NCBI GenBank assembly: GCA_021323945.1
Contig: JAJPKA010000018.1
Span: forward strand, 372,453-436,452
DNA: 64,000 nucleotides
Direction of reading: 5' to 3'
Source: Pseudomonadota bacterium
GTDB lineage: Bacteria; Desulfobacterota; Binatia; Binatales; Binataceae
The number at the start of each line of letters is the position of its first letter. Position 1 is the first letter of the stretch. Under the pieces are notes generated by a model. It worked only from the letters and a program-made list of their open reading frames with translations, had not been told where the DNA came from and ran no database searches. Made by a program: the position numbers and the translations under genes. This document shows positions 47,882 to 59,017 of this stretch, one piece after another.

Positions 47882-49012
47882 GTGGATTTTGGTTTTAGCG
47901 AAGAACAGGAAATGCTGCGTCAGAGTGCGCGAGCACTCCTCGAGAAAGAATGTTCATCGGCTGTGGTTCGCCGGCTGATGGAAGATGAGCGCGGTTTCGA
48001 CCCCGCCTTGTGGAAAAAAATGGCCGAGCTGGGTTGGTTGGGCCTGGTAATCCCCGAAGCCTATGGTGGTGGCGGGCTGAGCTACGTCGACCTGGTGCTC
48101 GTGATGGAAGAGATGGGTCGCGTGGTGTTGCCCTCGCCTTTCATCTGGACGGTGATGTTCGCCGAAGCGATCAAGCGAGCCGGCACGGACGCGCAACGGT
48201 CATCGTTGTTGCCGAAAATCGCCGCCGGAAACCTCATCGCCACCGTCGCTTATCTGGAGCCTTCCCCCTCATGGAGTGCCGACGGCATCAGAATGGCGGC
48301 ACGCCCGGACGGGACCGGGTTTTTGCTCGACGGTACTAAACTGTTTGTCAACGACGCTCACATAGCGGATTGGTTCCTGGTCGCGGTGCGCACGGGCGAT
48401 GCCGCTGAGCGTGGCATCACTTTGTTCGCACTCGAGAGCAGTCGGACCGGAATTTCGGTAACGCCGCTAAACACCATGGATCAAACTCGCAAACTCGCCG
48501 AGGTCAAATTCACAGGGGTTAAAGTTGAGCCCTCCGATGCCGTGGGTGAGGTAGGGAGCGGCTGGAACATACTGTCCCAGGTAATTGATCGGGGCAAGGT
48601 AATGCTGGCGGGCGAGATGGTTGGCGGAGCTCAAAAAGTGCTTGAGATGGCGGTCGACTATGCCAAGGTGCGGGTTCAATTCGGACGGCCGATCGGCAGC
48701 TTTCAAGCCGTTCAACACAAGTGTGCCAACATGATGATCGACGTGGAAGGCGCCAAATCCGCTGTTTACTATGCTTCGTGGGCGGTCAGCAACGAGGTCG
48801 CGGAAAGCTCCTTGGCTGCCGCCGTGGCTAAAGCTGCTGCATCCGATGCCTTTCGGCGTGTCTCAGCCGAGGGCATCCAGGTGCATGGCGGTATCGGGTT
48901 CACCTGGGACCACGACATGCACCTGTATTTCAAACGCGCCAAGTCTTCCGAGTTCACGTTCGGTGATGCCAACTGGAATCGCGAGCTGGTTGCCCAGGGA
49001 ATTAACCTTTAA
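47882..49012 (+). CDS. Acyl-CoA dehydrogenase family protein
   Basis: DF.FSEEQ, R.QFGRPIGSFQAV.H and Q.HGGIGFTW. Confidence 0.92.
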   Translation: MDFGFSEEQEMLRQSARALLEKECSSAVVRRLMEDERGFDPALWKKMAELGWLGLVIPEAYGGGGLSYVDLVLVMEEMGRVVLPSPFIWTVMFAEAIKRAGTDAQRSSLLPKIAAGNLIATVAYLEPSPSWSADGIRMAARPDGTGFLLDGTKLFVNDAHIADWFLVAVRTGDAAERGITLFALESSRTGISVTPLNTMDQTRKLAEVKFTGVKVEPSDAVGEVGSGWNILSQVIDRGKVMLAGEMVGGAQKVLEMAVDYAKVRVQFGRPIGSFQAVQHKCANMMIDVEGAKSAVYYASWAVSNEVAESSLAAAVAKAAASDAFRRVSAEGIQVHGGIGFTWDHDMHLYFKRAKSSEFTFGDANWNRELVAQGINL

Positions 49013-49054
49013 TTCCGACTGGTCTGTTCTCCTTTAGCCCGGAGGGAGGTGTAG

Positions 49055-49513
49055 ATGGCAATCGATAAGAGTGTCATCGGCAAAACGGGAAAACCGTTTA
49101 CGATGCCGATCGAATGGAGCAAGGTCAGGGAATTTGCCAGGGCGATTCGTGATCCGAACCCGGTCTACTTCGATCCCGAGCTCGCAAAAAAGGAATGCGG
49201 CGGCATCCCGGTTCCACCGACTTTTCTGCAGATTGCAGCCTTCTGGCAGGATTCCGACTCAATGCCCACGGTCCATTTTGACCTGCGCCGAATCCTGCAC
49301 GGAGAGCAGGAATTTGAACTGTACAAACCTATCCTGGTCGGTGACGTGCTCACCGGCACCGCGCGGATCGCCGATGTCTATGAACGCGAGGGAGGGCGCG
49401 GCGGCAAGATGACCTTTATGGTCACCGAGATCGAATACAAGAATCAGCGAGGCGAAAAGGTCGCTCTCGCACGCAGTACATTGATCGAAACCGGACAGGC
49501 GGTAAGCGGATAG
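49055..49513 (+). CDS. MaoC N-terminal-type (FAS1-like) dehydratase subunit
   Basis: KVREFARAI.D.NP, PPTF and LHGEQEF. Confidence 0.88.
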   Translation: MAIDKSVIGKTGKPFTMPIEWSKVREFARAIRDPNPVYFDPELAKKECGGIPVPPTFLQIAAFWQDSDSMPTVHFDLRRILHGEQEFELYKPILVGDVLTGTARIADVYEREGGRGGKMTFMVTEIEYKNQRGEKVALARSTLIETGQAVSG

Positions 49514-49631
49514 ATAACCTTTTTGCAGACGAGCTGCCGGTCTGCTGCCTTTTTATCCAGACTTTAGGATTCGGCAGCGTCGTGGTCGGCAATCAGAAAA
49601 AGGCTCAATCAACGACATTCGACGATACTCT

Positions 49632-50054
49632 ATGGCTCCCAAAATAAAGTACGAATCGGTTAAGATCGGAGACGCGCTTCCAACGATTACTATCGACAAC
49701 GTTTCGCGAGCGGACTTCGTTCGCTATGCGGGTGCTTCGGGCGATTTCGTTCCCCTCCATTACGACCAGACCTTTGTCGAGGCAGCGGGCATTCCGACCG
49801 TTTTCGCACAGGGGATGTGGACCGCGGGGTGCCTGTCGCGTACTCTGACTGATTTTGCCGGCGCAGGAAATGTCCGACGTTACAAGGTTCGGTTCGCGCG
49901 CCAAGTTTGGCCGGGCGATACACTCACATGTCGCGGTAAAGTAACGGGAAAAACCGAAAAGGACGGAGAGAAACTCATCGAGGGTGAGGTCGAGGTCCTC
50001 AATCAAAAGGGCGAAACCACGGTTCGGGGGAATTTCACCGTACTGGCTTCCTAG
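49632..50054 (+). CDS. MaoC family dehydratase subunit
   Basis: YAGASGDF.PLHYD and RF...VWPGD. Confidence 0.88.
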   Translation: MAPKIKYESVKIGDALPTITIDNVSRADFVRYAGASGDFVPLHYDQTFVEAAGIPTVFAQGMWTAGCLSRTLTDFAGAGNVRRYKVRFARQVWPGDTLTCRGKVTGKTEKDGEKLIEGEVEVLNQKGETTVRGNFTVLAS

Positions 50055-50426
50055 CGCCGGTCATCGGGCTGTCGGGGGTTGCAACGGAATGGCCGTATCG
50101 CCAGCGCCCGCTCGGTAGCTCGCCTCTCTCCGATTCAAGCAGTCCAGTCTTCAATGCGATTTTCCCGGGGAGCATTGAAGGCACTTATTTGATCCAACGG
50201 TCTCCGCGTTGGCCGGGGCGCAGACATATCAGGGGCCCCGCGGGTTTCTAACGTAACCGCGGACAGGCCGGGTGAGTCGCCGATTCTAACAGGCGTATTC
50301 GCTTGACCTTGACCATCAAGGCCTCAGGCGCAACCTGTATTTCGCTAATGCAGTCCACGTGGAATCATTAGGTGAAAGCACCCTATGACTTCGCTTGCAA
50401 ATCAGTGTTAACCAGAAAGAGCTTCT

Positions 50427-51872
50427 ATGACCGAACCTCGATATATCATTCTTCATGGCCATTTTTACCAGCCTCCGCGCGAAAGCCCATGGACGGGCAT
50501 CATTGCCCACGAAACGAGTGCCGCTCCCTTCGCGAACTGGAACGAGCGCATCCTGAGCGAATGCTACAACGCCAATGCGCAGGCGCAGATCATGGAAGGG
50601 ACAGTCGTCTATATTCGCAATAATTACGAATCACTAAATTTTAATTTCGGTCCTACTTTGGCCGCGTGGCTGCAGAGCCATGGTAAATCAGCGTATCGGG
50701 CGCTGCGTCGTGCCGACGAGCTCAGCCGCCAAAAGCGCGACGGACATGGCAACGCGATCGCTCAGGCTTATAGTCATTCCATCTTGCCGCTGTTAGAAGC
50801 ACGGGACCGCGAGCTGCAGATAGCTTGGGGGATGGAGGACTTTTCGGCAAGGTTTGGCCGGCCGCCGGAGGGTATCTGGCTGCCGGAATGCGCAGTTGAC
50901 AGGGATACGCTCCGCACAGTAGCCGAAGCTGGGCTCCGATTCGTCATGCTGGGGGGCGATCAGGGACACTTCAGCCGCCCCGGACGAGACGCGGGCCCCT
51001 TTTTATGGGAAGAGGGTAATCTGAGGCTCGCGGTGTTTCGGTTTGACCGTCTGTTGTCGGGCAGCATTGCCTTCGGCGAAATGTTGAGCGATGGGACCCG
51101 GTTGGCCACAGCCCTGATTGATACTGTTCGAGCACTCGCCCCTGGCCAGGCTTTGCTGGTGGCTACGGACGGTGAGACCTTCGGCCATCACAAGCGGACG
51201 GGCGCCGCTGAGCTGGCGCGAGCGATCAAAATGCTCGAACAGCAGGACGATGTCGTCTTGACCAACTGTAGCCAATACCTCGCAGTGCGTGGGTGCACCG
51301 GCCACTTTGAGAGCGACGCTCCGACCTCCTGGAGTTGTGTACACGGCATTGAGCGATGGCGTTCAAACTGTGGGTGTCGAATCGACTCAAGCACCAATCA
51401 GGAGTGGCGGCGCCCACTGCGCGCAACCATGGATTTCGTGCGCAACCATTGCGACGCGCTGTATGATCGATTTGCGGCGGGCTGCGTGAATGACCCTTGG
51501 GCAGCGCTCAAAGCCGCCCCGCGGCTCTTCGTGGATCCGTCGCCCGCGGTGCAAGAAGAATTTTTTGCTGCGCATCGGCCCAAAGATGAAAATCGGCGCG
51601 AGCAACTGGTGCGCCTGTTCGAAATGGAACGCGCGGCGCAAGCCGCGCTGACCAGTTGCGCCTGGTTCTTCGACGATTTCGGCGGGCTTGAAGGACGGAT
51701 TGCTTTACGATGGGCCGCCCGCGCAATTGAGCTCGCAAGCGAATTGGCGCCTTCGATCGAGTCGGAGGTTTTGCAACAACTTCGGGCGGTTCGATCGAAC
51801 CGCCGGGAGATTGGCGATGCCGCAACGTTATATCTTAGTATCAAGACTCGTGAAGCCCGTGGTCGTGTCTAG
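50427..51872 (+). CDS. GH57-type glycoside hydrolase, DUF3536 family
   Basis: HGHFYQPPRE.PW, WLPECA, DGETFGHH, SWSC.HG..RW and TSC.WFFDD. Confidence 0.87.
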   Translation: MTEPRYIILHGHFYQPPRESPWTGIIAHETSAAPFANWNERILSECYNANAQAQIMEGTVVYIRNNYESLNFNFGPTLAAWLQSHGKSAYRALRRADELSRQKRDGHGNAIAQAYSHSILPLLEARDRELQIAWGMEDFSARFGRPPEGIWLPECAVDRDTLRTVAEAGLRFVMLGGDQGHFSRPGRDAGPFLWEEGNLRLAVFRFDRLLSGSIAFGEMLSDGTRLATALIDTVRALAPGQALLVATDGETFGHHKRTGAAELARAIKMLEQQDDVVLTNCSQYLAVRGCTGHFESDAPTSWSCVHGIERWRSNCGCRIDSSTNQEWRRPLRATMDFVRNHCDALYDRFAAGCVNDPWAALKAAPRLFVDPSPAVQEEFFAAHRPKDENRREQLVRLFEMERAAQAALTSCAWFFDDFGGLEGRIALRWAARAIELASELAPSIESEVLQQLRAVRSNRREIGDAATLYLSIKTREARGRV

Positions 51873-51971
51873 CTGCAAGGGTCCGTGGTGAGGCTCGCCG
51901 AGATCAAGTCCCAAACTTAAGCTCAGACACGCCTCAAGTGACGGAGAACTTCGGTCCAAGGTGGTCTAACG

Positions 51972-53933
51972 ATGGCAGGAAGCGAACAGCGCCCCGATAT
52001 TGAGTCAATTCTGCGCGAACAGCGGAAGTTTGTGCCTCCTCAGGATTTTGTCAGCCACGCCCGCATTAAGAGCGAAGCGGAACGTCGCGAGCTCTGTCGT
52101 CGTGCTGAAGAAAGTCCGGAGGCGTTTTGGGCCGAACAGGCGCGTCGATTGGACTGGTTCAAGCCTTTTGACAAGGTGTTGGAATGGCAGCCGCCCTTCG
52201 CCAAGTGGTTCGTTGGCGGTCAATTGAATGCTTCCTATAACTGCATTGATCGCCACTTGGCTGGTCCTCGACGGAACAAAGCCGCGCTGATCTGGGAAGG
52301 TGAACCTGGCGACTCGCGAGTCCTTACTTACCAAATGCTCGCCAGCGAGGTTGCTCGCTGTGCTAATGCATTGAAGCAGCTCGGAGTGCAATCAGGCGAT
52401 CGCGTGGCCATCTACATGCCGCTGGTGCCAGAAGCGGCGATTGCGATGCTCGCCTGCGCGCGGATAGGAGCTATCCATTCCGTGATCTTCGGCGGTTTTT
52501 CGGCGGAAGCTCTTATCGACCGGATCAACGATGCCGAGGCCAAGCTGGTTATTACGGCTGATGCCGGCTGGCGGCGCGGTCAAAAAGTTGCCCTAAAACA
52601 AAATGTTGACGTGGCCCTGAACCGGTGTCCATCAGTGGAACATTGCCTGGTGCTGCGCCGCACCGGTGACCAATGCGAAATGCGTGACGGACGAGACACC
52701 TGGTGGCATGACCTGGTGCCATCTCAGAGCAGCAGCTGTGAGGCGGCAACTCTCGATTCGGAACATATACTATATACACTTTATACGTCGGGCACGACTG
52801 GTAAGCCAAAAGGAGTAGTGCATACCACCGGCGGGTATCTCACTCATATCCTGGCCACTATGGAGTGGGTATTCGATTTGAAAGACGATGATATCTATTG
52901 GTGCACTGCCGACATTGGCTGGGTCACCGGACACAGCTATTCCGTCTATGGGCCGCTGGCGGCTGGCGCAACGGTCGTAATGTATGAAGGGGCGCCAAAT
53001 TTTCCCCATGAAGACCGATGGTGGTCGATCGTCGAAAAATATCGAGTCAACATACTTTATACCGCGCCGACGGCAATCAGGACCTTCATAAGATGGGGAG
53101 AGTCGTGGCCCCGCAAGCATGATTTGTCGAGTCTGCGCTTGCTGGGGACCGTCGGAGAACCCATCAATCCTGAAGCTTGGATCTGGTACCACCAGGTGAT
53201 CGGCGGTGGCCGGTGTCCGATCGTTGATACCTGGTGGCAAACCGAGACCGGCGGAATCATGATTTCGCCGATTCCCGGAGCCGTCTCGACCAAGCCCGGG
53301 TCGGCTACCTTGCCATTGCCGGGCGTTGCGGCCGACATAGTGACGCGCGATGGAAGCCCGGTGGGACCCAACCAGGGTGGGTTTTTGGTAATTAAGCGCC
53401 CATGGCCTGGAATGTTACGCACGATCTTTCGCGATCCCGAACGATATCAGCAGCAGTATTTCAGCCAGATAGACGGCGTTTACTTCACCGGTGATGGCGC
53501 TCGTCGTGACGAAGACGGCTATTTCTGGATTATGGGTCGGGTTGACGACGTCATAAACGTCTCCGGCCATCGCCTCGGTACGATGGAAATCGAAAGCGCC
53601 CTGGTTTCTCATCCTCTGGTGGCGGAGGCTGCGGTAGTGGGACGTCCAGACCCTATCAAAGGCCAGGCGGTCTTCGCCTTTGTCACGCTCGAGGGGGGCC
53701 GTAAAGGCGACGACGCCCTGCGCAGGGAGTTGCAGCAGCACGTGGTTAAAGAGATCGGTGCATTAGCTCGCCCTGACGAGCTTCGATTTACAGATACGCT
53801 GCCCAAAACCCGCAGCGGCAAAATTATGCGACGCCTTCTTCGGCAAATCGCCGCCGGAGACGAAAGCCTGGGGGACATCAGCACATTAGAAGATCTTTCC
53901 GCCCTCGCCAAATTGCGTGAAGACGAGGAATAG
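51972..53933 (+). CDS. acs: Acetate--CoA ligase (AMP-forming)
   Basis: [37 protein letters not shown] and [12 protein letters not shown]. Confidence 0.96.
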   Translation: MAGSEQRPDIESILREQRKFVPPQDFVSHARIKSEAERRELCRRAEESPEAFWAEQARRLDWFKPFDKVLEWQPPFAKWFVGGQLNASYNCIDRHLAGPRRNKAALIWEGEPGDSRVLTYQMLASEVARCANALKQLGVQSGDRVAIYMPLVPEAAIAMLACARIGAIHSVIFGGFSAEALIDRINDAEAKLVITADAGWRRGQKVALKQNVDVALNRCPSVEHCLVLRRTGDQCEMRDGRDTWWHDLVPSQSSSCEAATLDSEHILYTLYTSGTTGKPKGVVHTTGGYLTHILATMEWVFDLKDDDIYWCTADIGWVTGHSYSVYGPLAAGATVVMYEGAPNFPHEDRWWSIVEKYRVNILYTAPTAIRTFIRWGESWPRKHDLSSLRLLGTVGEPINPEAWIWYHQVIGGGRCPIVDTWWQTETGGIMISPIPGAVSTKPGSATLPLPGVAADIVTRDGSPVGPNQGGFLVIKRPWPGMLRTIFRDPERYQQQYFSQIDGVYFTGDGARRDEDGYFWIMGRVDDVINVSGHRLGTMEIESALVSHPLVAEAAVVGRPDPIKGQAVFAFVTLEGGRKGDDALRRELQQHVVKEIGALARPDELRFTDTLPKTRSGKIMRRLLRQIAAGDESLGDISTLEDLSALAKLREDEE

Positions 53934-54033
53934 GCCGCCGAAATTGTTGCGCAAAGCCCGTGCCTCAGCTTAGCCTTGGGCCCGAAAGGGTTGCGCTAAT
54001 TAACTAGAAGTTTTCTCCCGCGAGGTAAGGATC

Positions 54034-55140
54034 ATGGCAGTTGAAAGCTTCATTTCAGCCGATTCGCATGTGGTTGAACCCCCCGACTTGTGGATTACTC
54101 GGATGGACAAGCGCTTTCGTGATCGCGCTCCGCGTCTCGAAGCGCGAGCAAACGGTGATTATTGGGTAGTCGAGGGTCTCAATACTTTACCCATCGGCCT
54201 ATTCGGCCCGATGGTTAACGACAAGGAAAAGGGAGCTATCGAACGAGGCCAGGAGCGTCGTTACCAGGAGACCCGCCCTGGTGCTTATAATTTCGAAGCT
54301 CGAATCGTCGACCAGCGCCTCGATCACGTTGAAGCTGAGATCGTGTATCCTGGCTTTTGCCTGACGTTGTTCGGAATTCCCGATGCCGAATATCAACGGG
54401 AATGTATCCGAGTTTACAACGATTGGCTCGCGGAATTCTGTGGAGGTGCGCCGAAAAACCTGATCGGCGTCGGAATGCTGCCGATGCGCGGACCGGTGGA
54501 ATGGGCGATCAAGGAGGCTGAACGCTGCGCCAAAATGGGGCTTCGTGGTTTGATGATTCCGGCGGTCAAGCATAAGCCCTCATACCATGAGCCGATCTAT
54601 GATCCGATGTGGGCAGCGCTGCAGGAGCTCGGTCTTCCGATCGGCGTGCATAGCGGGGCTGACGATGAACCGCTGACCATTGAACGTGATATCCCGCTTC
54701 ACGCCACTATTTGCGATAACAAAATGTTCATGATGCAGCGCAGTCTTGCCTTGTTGATAACGTCGGCAGTCCCCCAACGTTATCCGAAGCTCAAGTTTGT
54801 TATCGTGGAAGGCGGAATTGGCTGGATTGCCGCTCAGTTGCGCTTCATGGATCATTGGTGGGAGGATCACCATCGCTGGATGACGCCGAAACTCGACGAG
54901 CCACCCAGCTTTTATTTCAAGCGGCAATTTTGGGCCACCTTCGAGGACGACCGCCCAGGAATTCTAACTCGTCATTTGCTGGGAGTCGACCGCCTGATGT
55001 GGGGATCCGACTATCCCCATACTGAAGGTACGTTTCCTTTCTCGCTTCAGCGGATTCAACAGGACTTTGCGGATGTGCCCGAAGACGAAGTGCGTCTGAT
55101 GGTACGTGACAACGCCGCACACCTGTTCGGCTTGAACTGA
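54034..55140 (+). CDS. Amidohydrolase_2 family protein
   Basis: SADSHVVEP, YNDWLAEFC and WGSDYPH. Confidence 0.9.
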   Translation: MAVESFISADSHVVEPPDLWITRMDKRFRDRAPRLEARANGDYWVVEGLNTLPIGLFGPMVNDKEKGAIERGQERRYQETRPGAYNFEARIVDQRLDHVEAEIVYPGFCLTLFGIPDAEYQRECIRVYNDWLAEFCGGAPKNLIGVGMLPMRGPVEWAIKEAERCAKMGLRGLMIPAVKHKPSYHEPIYDPMWAALQELGLPIGVHSGADDEPLTIERDIPLHATICDNKMFMMQRSLALLITSAVPQRYPKLKFVIVEGGIGWIAAQLRFMDHWWEDHHRWMTPKLDEPPSFYFKRQFWATFEDDRPGILTRHLLGVDRLMWGSDYPHTEGTFPFSLQRIQQDFADVPEDEVRLMVRDNAAHLFGLN

Positions 55141-55215
55141 CGGTCGGACAGTCGAAGGCTGGCACCGGTCAGGTCTGCCTGTCATCATGGCAGGCAGCCT
55201 GCCCGCAAACCGCAA

Positions 55216-55668
55216 TCAGATTCTAATATCGGCAGGACGGTTTTCCTCCCATGTCACCGTAAGAGTATATTTTGGTATCTTCCAGTCCCCCCCGACCCGC
55301 ACCAGGTGATAGGTATAATACCCATACATATCCCAGGTTGGGTGACCGCGTTTGAAGTGCCGCGCCTGCATGTAACTCAACCACCTCGCGGAATTACCAT
55401 CGATCTCAACATGATAGTCGGTCAGGAAATGCTGCGTTACGTCGAAGCGGGTGATGATATCTGTGACCCGCTCGGTGAATCTGTCCGCGCTGACCGTCCG
55501 CATTCTGAGGTTGGAGGTGGGAGGGCCCAAATAAACCTCGATCTCATCAGTAAAAATTGACCGAAAGAGTTTCCAGTCTCGCATATCGATAGCAACGGGA
55601 TAACGATGAACAATCTCGCCGATTTGAATTCGGTCGAAGAGGTATTGAAGCTTTTCACTGTCAGTCAT
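55216..55668 (-). CDS. SnoaL/NTF2-like protein
   Basis: DR..I.....RY...ID.RDW and TQH. Confidence 0.82.
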   Translation of the reverse strand: MTDSEKLQYLFDRIQIGEIVHRYPVAIDMRDWKLFRSIFTDEIEVYLGPPTSNLRMRTVSADRFTERVTDIITRFDVTQHFLTDYHVEIDGNSARWLSYMQARHFKRGHPTWDMYGYYTYHLVRVGGDWKIPKYTLTVTWEENRPADIRI

Positions 55669-55826
55669 TATTGGTCCCCCTTCGGGTGCTGCGTTTCGCC
55701 AAAGATCAATTTGCGACCCGGTGATCAGGCCAGAGCACTCACGGTTGGCAGCAAGTGGACGCTCTATTGATCTGTGCGATCAAAGCTCTCGTGCGATCGG
55801 CGCTCCTAGTAATCAGGGCGTCGTGG

Positions 55827-56282
55827 TTAACCGTTGAACGGCTCGATCAGCTCGAGGAAGGTGCCGTCCGGGTCTTTGAAGCAGAAAAATTTGGCACCCG
55901 CGTTGTTGGCGAAGCGAATCGTCACAGGCTCCGACACCATCTCGACCCCGTTCGCCTTTAATCTGGCATACTCCTCGTCGACATTCTTGGTGAACAGGGC
56001 GATACGGGCCACACCTGTGTGATAAAGATGCGGATATGGCGAACCCTCGGTTGGCGGCTGTTTCCATTCAATCAGGTCGAGACGAGTAGCCCGCGGATCA
56101 TCACTTAAGGTGAGCAAAGCAGCGCGTGCACGGCTGTTGGGAATGTTTAGTCCCTGATCGTTTCCCCTGTTCGGCCCGTCTCCCAAATCCAGGGCGACTT
56201 TGAACCCGAGCATCTTGTAGAACTCGAGCGAGCGTTCGAAATTCTTGACATTTATGTTTACGTGAAAAATTGATTTGATCAT
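55827..56282 (-). CDS. VOC/glyoxalase family protein
   Basis: HVNINV..FERSL.FY and F.DPDG..LELIE. Confidence 0.88.
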   Translation of the reverse strand: MIKSIFHVNINVKNFERSLEFYKMLGFKVALDLGDGPNRGNDQGLNIPNSRARAALLTLSDDPRATRLDLIEWKQPPTEGSPYPHLYHTGVARIALFTKNVDEEYARLKANGVEMVSEPVTIRFANNAGAKFFCFKDPDGTFLELIEPFNG

Positions 56283-56509
56283 CAGCCTGTCCTCGCCGTT
56301 CAGGGCGTTATTCTGAACCCCGAGCCTCCGGCAATGCAAACGTCGCGCACATCAGCTTGATCTGGCGCCGTTTGACTTGCGAAGTGGTTTTCAATTCACA
56401 TCTGCTCGGCTATAAACTCCTGCCATCAGCCACGAGCGAGTTTTATGGCGCTGAATGACGGAAGATCGATGGATACTGCTCGCTATTAACCGGGGGGAAG
56501 GATTAAACG

Positions 56510-57286
56510 ATGGATCCGGATGCCGGCCCTGAGTTTTGGCAAAAAGTTCTAACCGAAGGTCATCCGCCGCTGCGCGTAATGCATAAGCTTTTCCGCTACT
56601 TGCCTTCACCTCCTCGCTGCAAAGTCTGCCACAACCCCTTCGGCGGAATTGGAGGCAAGCTGTGCGCTATCTTTGGGTATACCCCGTCACGCAAGAATCC
56701 TAACGTCTGCATGACTTGCTGCGAGAGGCTGCCACCAGGAGGCGCAGAGGTGGACATTGCGGTTCTGTTTGCCGATGTCAGGGGCTCTACAGAGCTCGGA
56801 GAAAAACTCGCGCCGAGTGCCTATGCTGAGATGTTAAATCGATTTTACCGCACCGCGACCGAGGTCCTCATCCGTCACGACGCCATCATCGACAAACTGA
56901 TCGGTGACGAAGTGATGGCCTTGTTCATACCGGGAATCTGTGGGTCCGAATACCATCGACGGGCGGTTGAGGCGGCGTCGGCGTTGCTGAAAGCGGTGGG
57001 TTACGGAGCAGAGGCGGGCCCGTGGCTGGCTCTCGGCGGTGCGGTGAATTCGGGAATGACGTACGTTGGTAACGTCGGCGCCCAGGGCATAGTAGATTTT
57101 ACTGCTCTCGGTGACACGGTAAACACGGCATCGCGGCTCGCCTCCAGCGCCGCAGCGGGCGAAATCCTGATCAGCGCCGCTGTATACAGCCGGGTAGCAG
57201 AACGCTTTCCGGATCTTCAAGAGCGCACTTTTTCCTTGCGCGGCAAAGAATCACCAATGACCGCTCGGGTTCTCGGCGCAGCATGA
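56510..57286 (+). CDS. Class III adenylate/guanylate cyclase with Cys-rich N-terminus
   Basis: LFADVRGST, DKLIGD.VMALF and GDTVN.ASRL; N-terminal CKVC...C...CMTCC. Confidence 0.9.
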   Translation: MDPDAGPEFWQKVLTEGHPPLRVMHKLFRYLPSPPRCKVCHNPFGGIGGKLCAIFGYTPSRKNPNVCMTCCERLPPGGAEVDIAVLFADVRGSTELGEKLAPSAYAEMLNRFYRTATEVLIRHDAIIDKLIGDEVMALFIPGICGSEYHRRAVEAASALLKAVGYGAEAGPWLALGGAVNSGMTYVGNVGAQGIVDFTALGDTVNTASRLASSAAAGEILISAAVYSRVAERFPDLQERTFSLRGKESPMTARVLGAA

Positions 57287-57414
57287 GCGGCGATTTAGTC
57301 CTCTAGTTTTTAGTCGCGGCTCAACACTCCGCAACGTTTGGACATCTCTAAGCTAAACACTCCGGCTATCATGAGCAGTTATCGACAGGTAATCCTTGTC
57401 AAACTGCAGAAACG

Positions 57415-58698
57415 ATGACGCTGTTCGGGGCCAAGGTGGCGAAGCGACTCTCCAAGACCTTAATGGCTTCGTTTTTGCGTCTATGTAGGCCGATTCGTTG
57501 GAGGGCCGTGATGCTTGCCTATATAGACGTATATCGGCGCCAAAAGGCCTCGCTGCTGAATCCTTGGGAACAAATTACCTCTCAATCCAAGGAAGAAGCC
57601 GATGGCTTAGTTGCTCTCTTGTACGCGATCGTAGACTCCTCGGAGGACGCGATCGTCAGCAAAACCCTCGATGGTATTGTCACTTCGTGGAATCGGAGTG
57701 CCGAGCGAATTTTTGGCTATACCGCCGAGGAAATAATCGGCCGATCTATCACCGTGATAATTCCACCTGAACGACTGGAAGAGGAAGAGTACGTCCTCGG
57801 CTGCCTGCGGTCCGGCAACAAGGTCGAGCATTTTGAAACGGTGCGCTTAACCAAGGACGGGCGCCGTATTGATGTCTCCTTGACAGTTTCGCCGATTAAA
57901 GACTCGACCGGCCGGATCATAGGCGCCTCCAAGATTGCGCGCGATATTACGGAGCGGAAGCGCCTGGAACAAGAACGCGAACTCGTGCATCAGCAGCTTC
58001 TTGCAACCCTTGCGGCGCGTGACGACCTGATCGCAATCGCAGCTCATGAGCTCCGTAACCCCCTCAACGTGCTCACACTAATGTGGCAGTTGATGGGCCG
58101 CGTACTCGGCCAACCCGAGAAAGCGGATCGCGCCAAACAGCTTTTCGAGAAGTCTCGGGCGCAACTCGAGAGATTAAATAGCTTGGTCGATCGCTTATTC
58201 GATGTGGCACGAGTTCAAGGAGGGGCCCTTGACCTCTACTGGGAAAAGTTTGATTTATGCGAGCTCATTCAGCAGATCATCAATCGCTTTGTGGTGGAAA
58301 ATCCCGATGTGGCGATCTCGAGCGAACTAGAGCCGCGCATAATGGGAACGTGGGATCGGATTCGGGTTGACCAGGTAATCACCAACTTGTTGTCTAATGC
58401 CATTAAATACAGCAATGGGAACCCCGTTGCGGTGAACGCCTCCACTGTCAAAGGCCATGCCTTGGTGAAGGTTCGAGATAGCGGCCTCGGGATTGCTCGC
58501 GAAGATCTCGGCCGAATTTTCGACCGCTTCGCACGGGCCAGGACCGCGGTGCCGAACAGGGGCCTGGGAATCGGACTGTGGATTACGAAGCAGATCGTCG
58601 CCGCCCATGGCGGGACCATATCAGCGGAGAGCGAGGTCGGAAGGGGTTCGATCTTCACGGTTCGGCTGCCATTGAATGCGAATGGACGCGCTCCCTAA
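57415..58698 (+). CDS. PAS sensor histidine kinase (start may be 57511)
   Basis: PAS/PAC (DAI.SKTLDG.V.SWN..AE), HELRNPL, NAIKY and G boxes. Confidence 0.9.
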   Translation: MTLFGAKVAKRLSKTLMASFLRLCRPIRWRAVMLAYIDVYRRQKASLLNPWEQITSQSKEEADGLVALLYAIVDSSEDAIVSKTLDGIVTSWNRSAERIFGYTAEEIIGRSITVIIPPERLEEEEYVLGCLRSGNKVEHFETVRLTKDGRRIDVSLTVSPIKDSTGRIIGASKIARDITERKRLEQERELVHQQLLATLAARDDLIAIAAHELRNPLNVLTLMWQLMGRVLGQPEKADRAKQLFEKSRAQLERLNSLVDRLFDVARVQGGALDLYWEKFDLCELIQQIINRFVVENPDVAISSELEPRIMGTWDRIRVDQVITNLLSNAIKYSNGNPVAVNASTVKGHALVKVRDSGLGIAREDLGRIFDRFARARTAVPNRGLGIGLWITKQIVAAHGGTISAESEVGRGSIFTVRLPLNANGRAP

Positions 58699-59017
58699 CG
58701 CGCCAGGATGTGGATGTTCGGGTCCAGAGCAGGTGGGCGATGAGAAAAGGCTCGGGAAATCTCGCCGCCTGCACCAGTGCAAATGACAGAAAGCGCGACT
58801 TCGAGGTTCCTTCGAGTCGCAATTTTAGAGATGCGAGCGCTTCGCGACTATAGCAGATGGTTTTTGACCCGATCTTCGGCTAACAAGCGGCCAGCCGGCT
58901 ATCGCTTTTGTCCATGAAGGTAGGGGGCCTGTTCAAAGGTTTTTGCCGAAAGCAGGTGATGTTTCTGTCATGGCCAAGGCGGCCGAGGACGCCCCCGGCG
59001 GCCCAGAGTTTTGGTGA

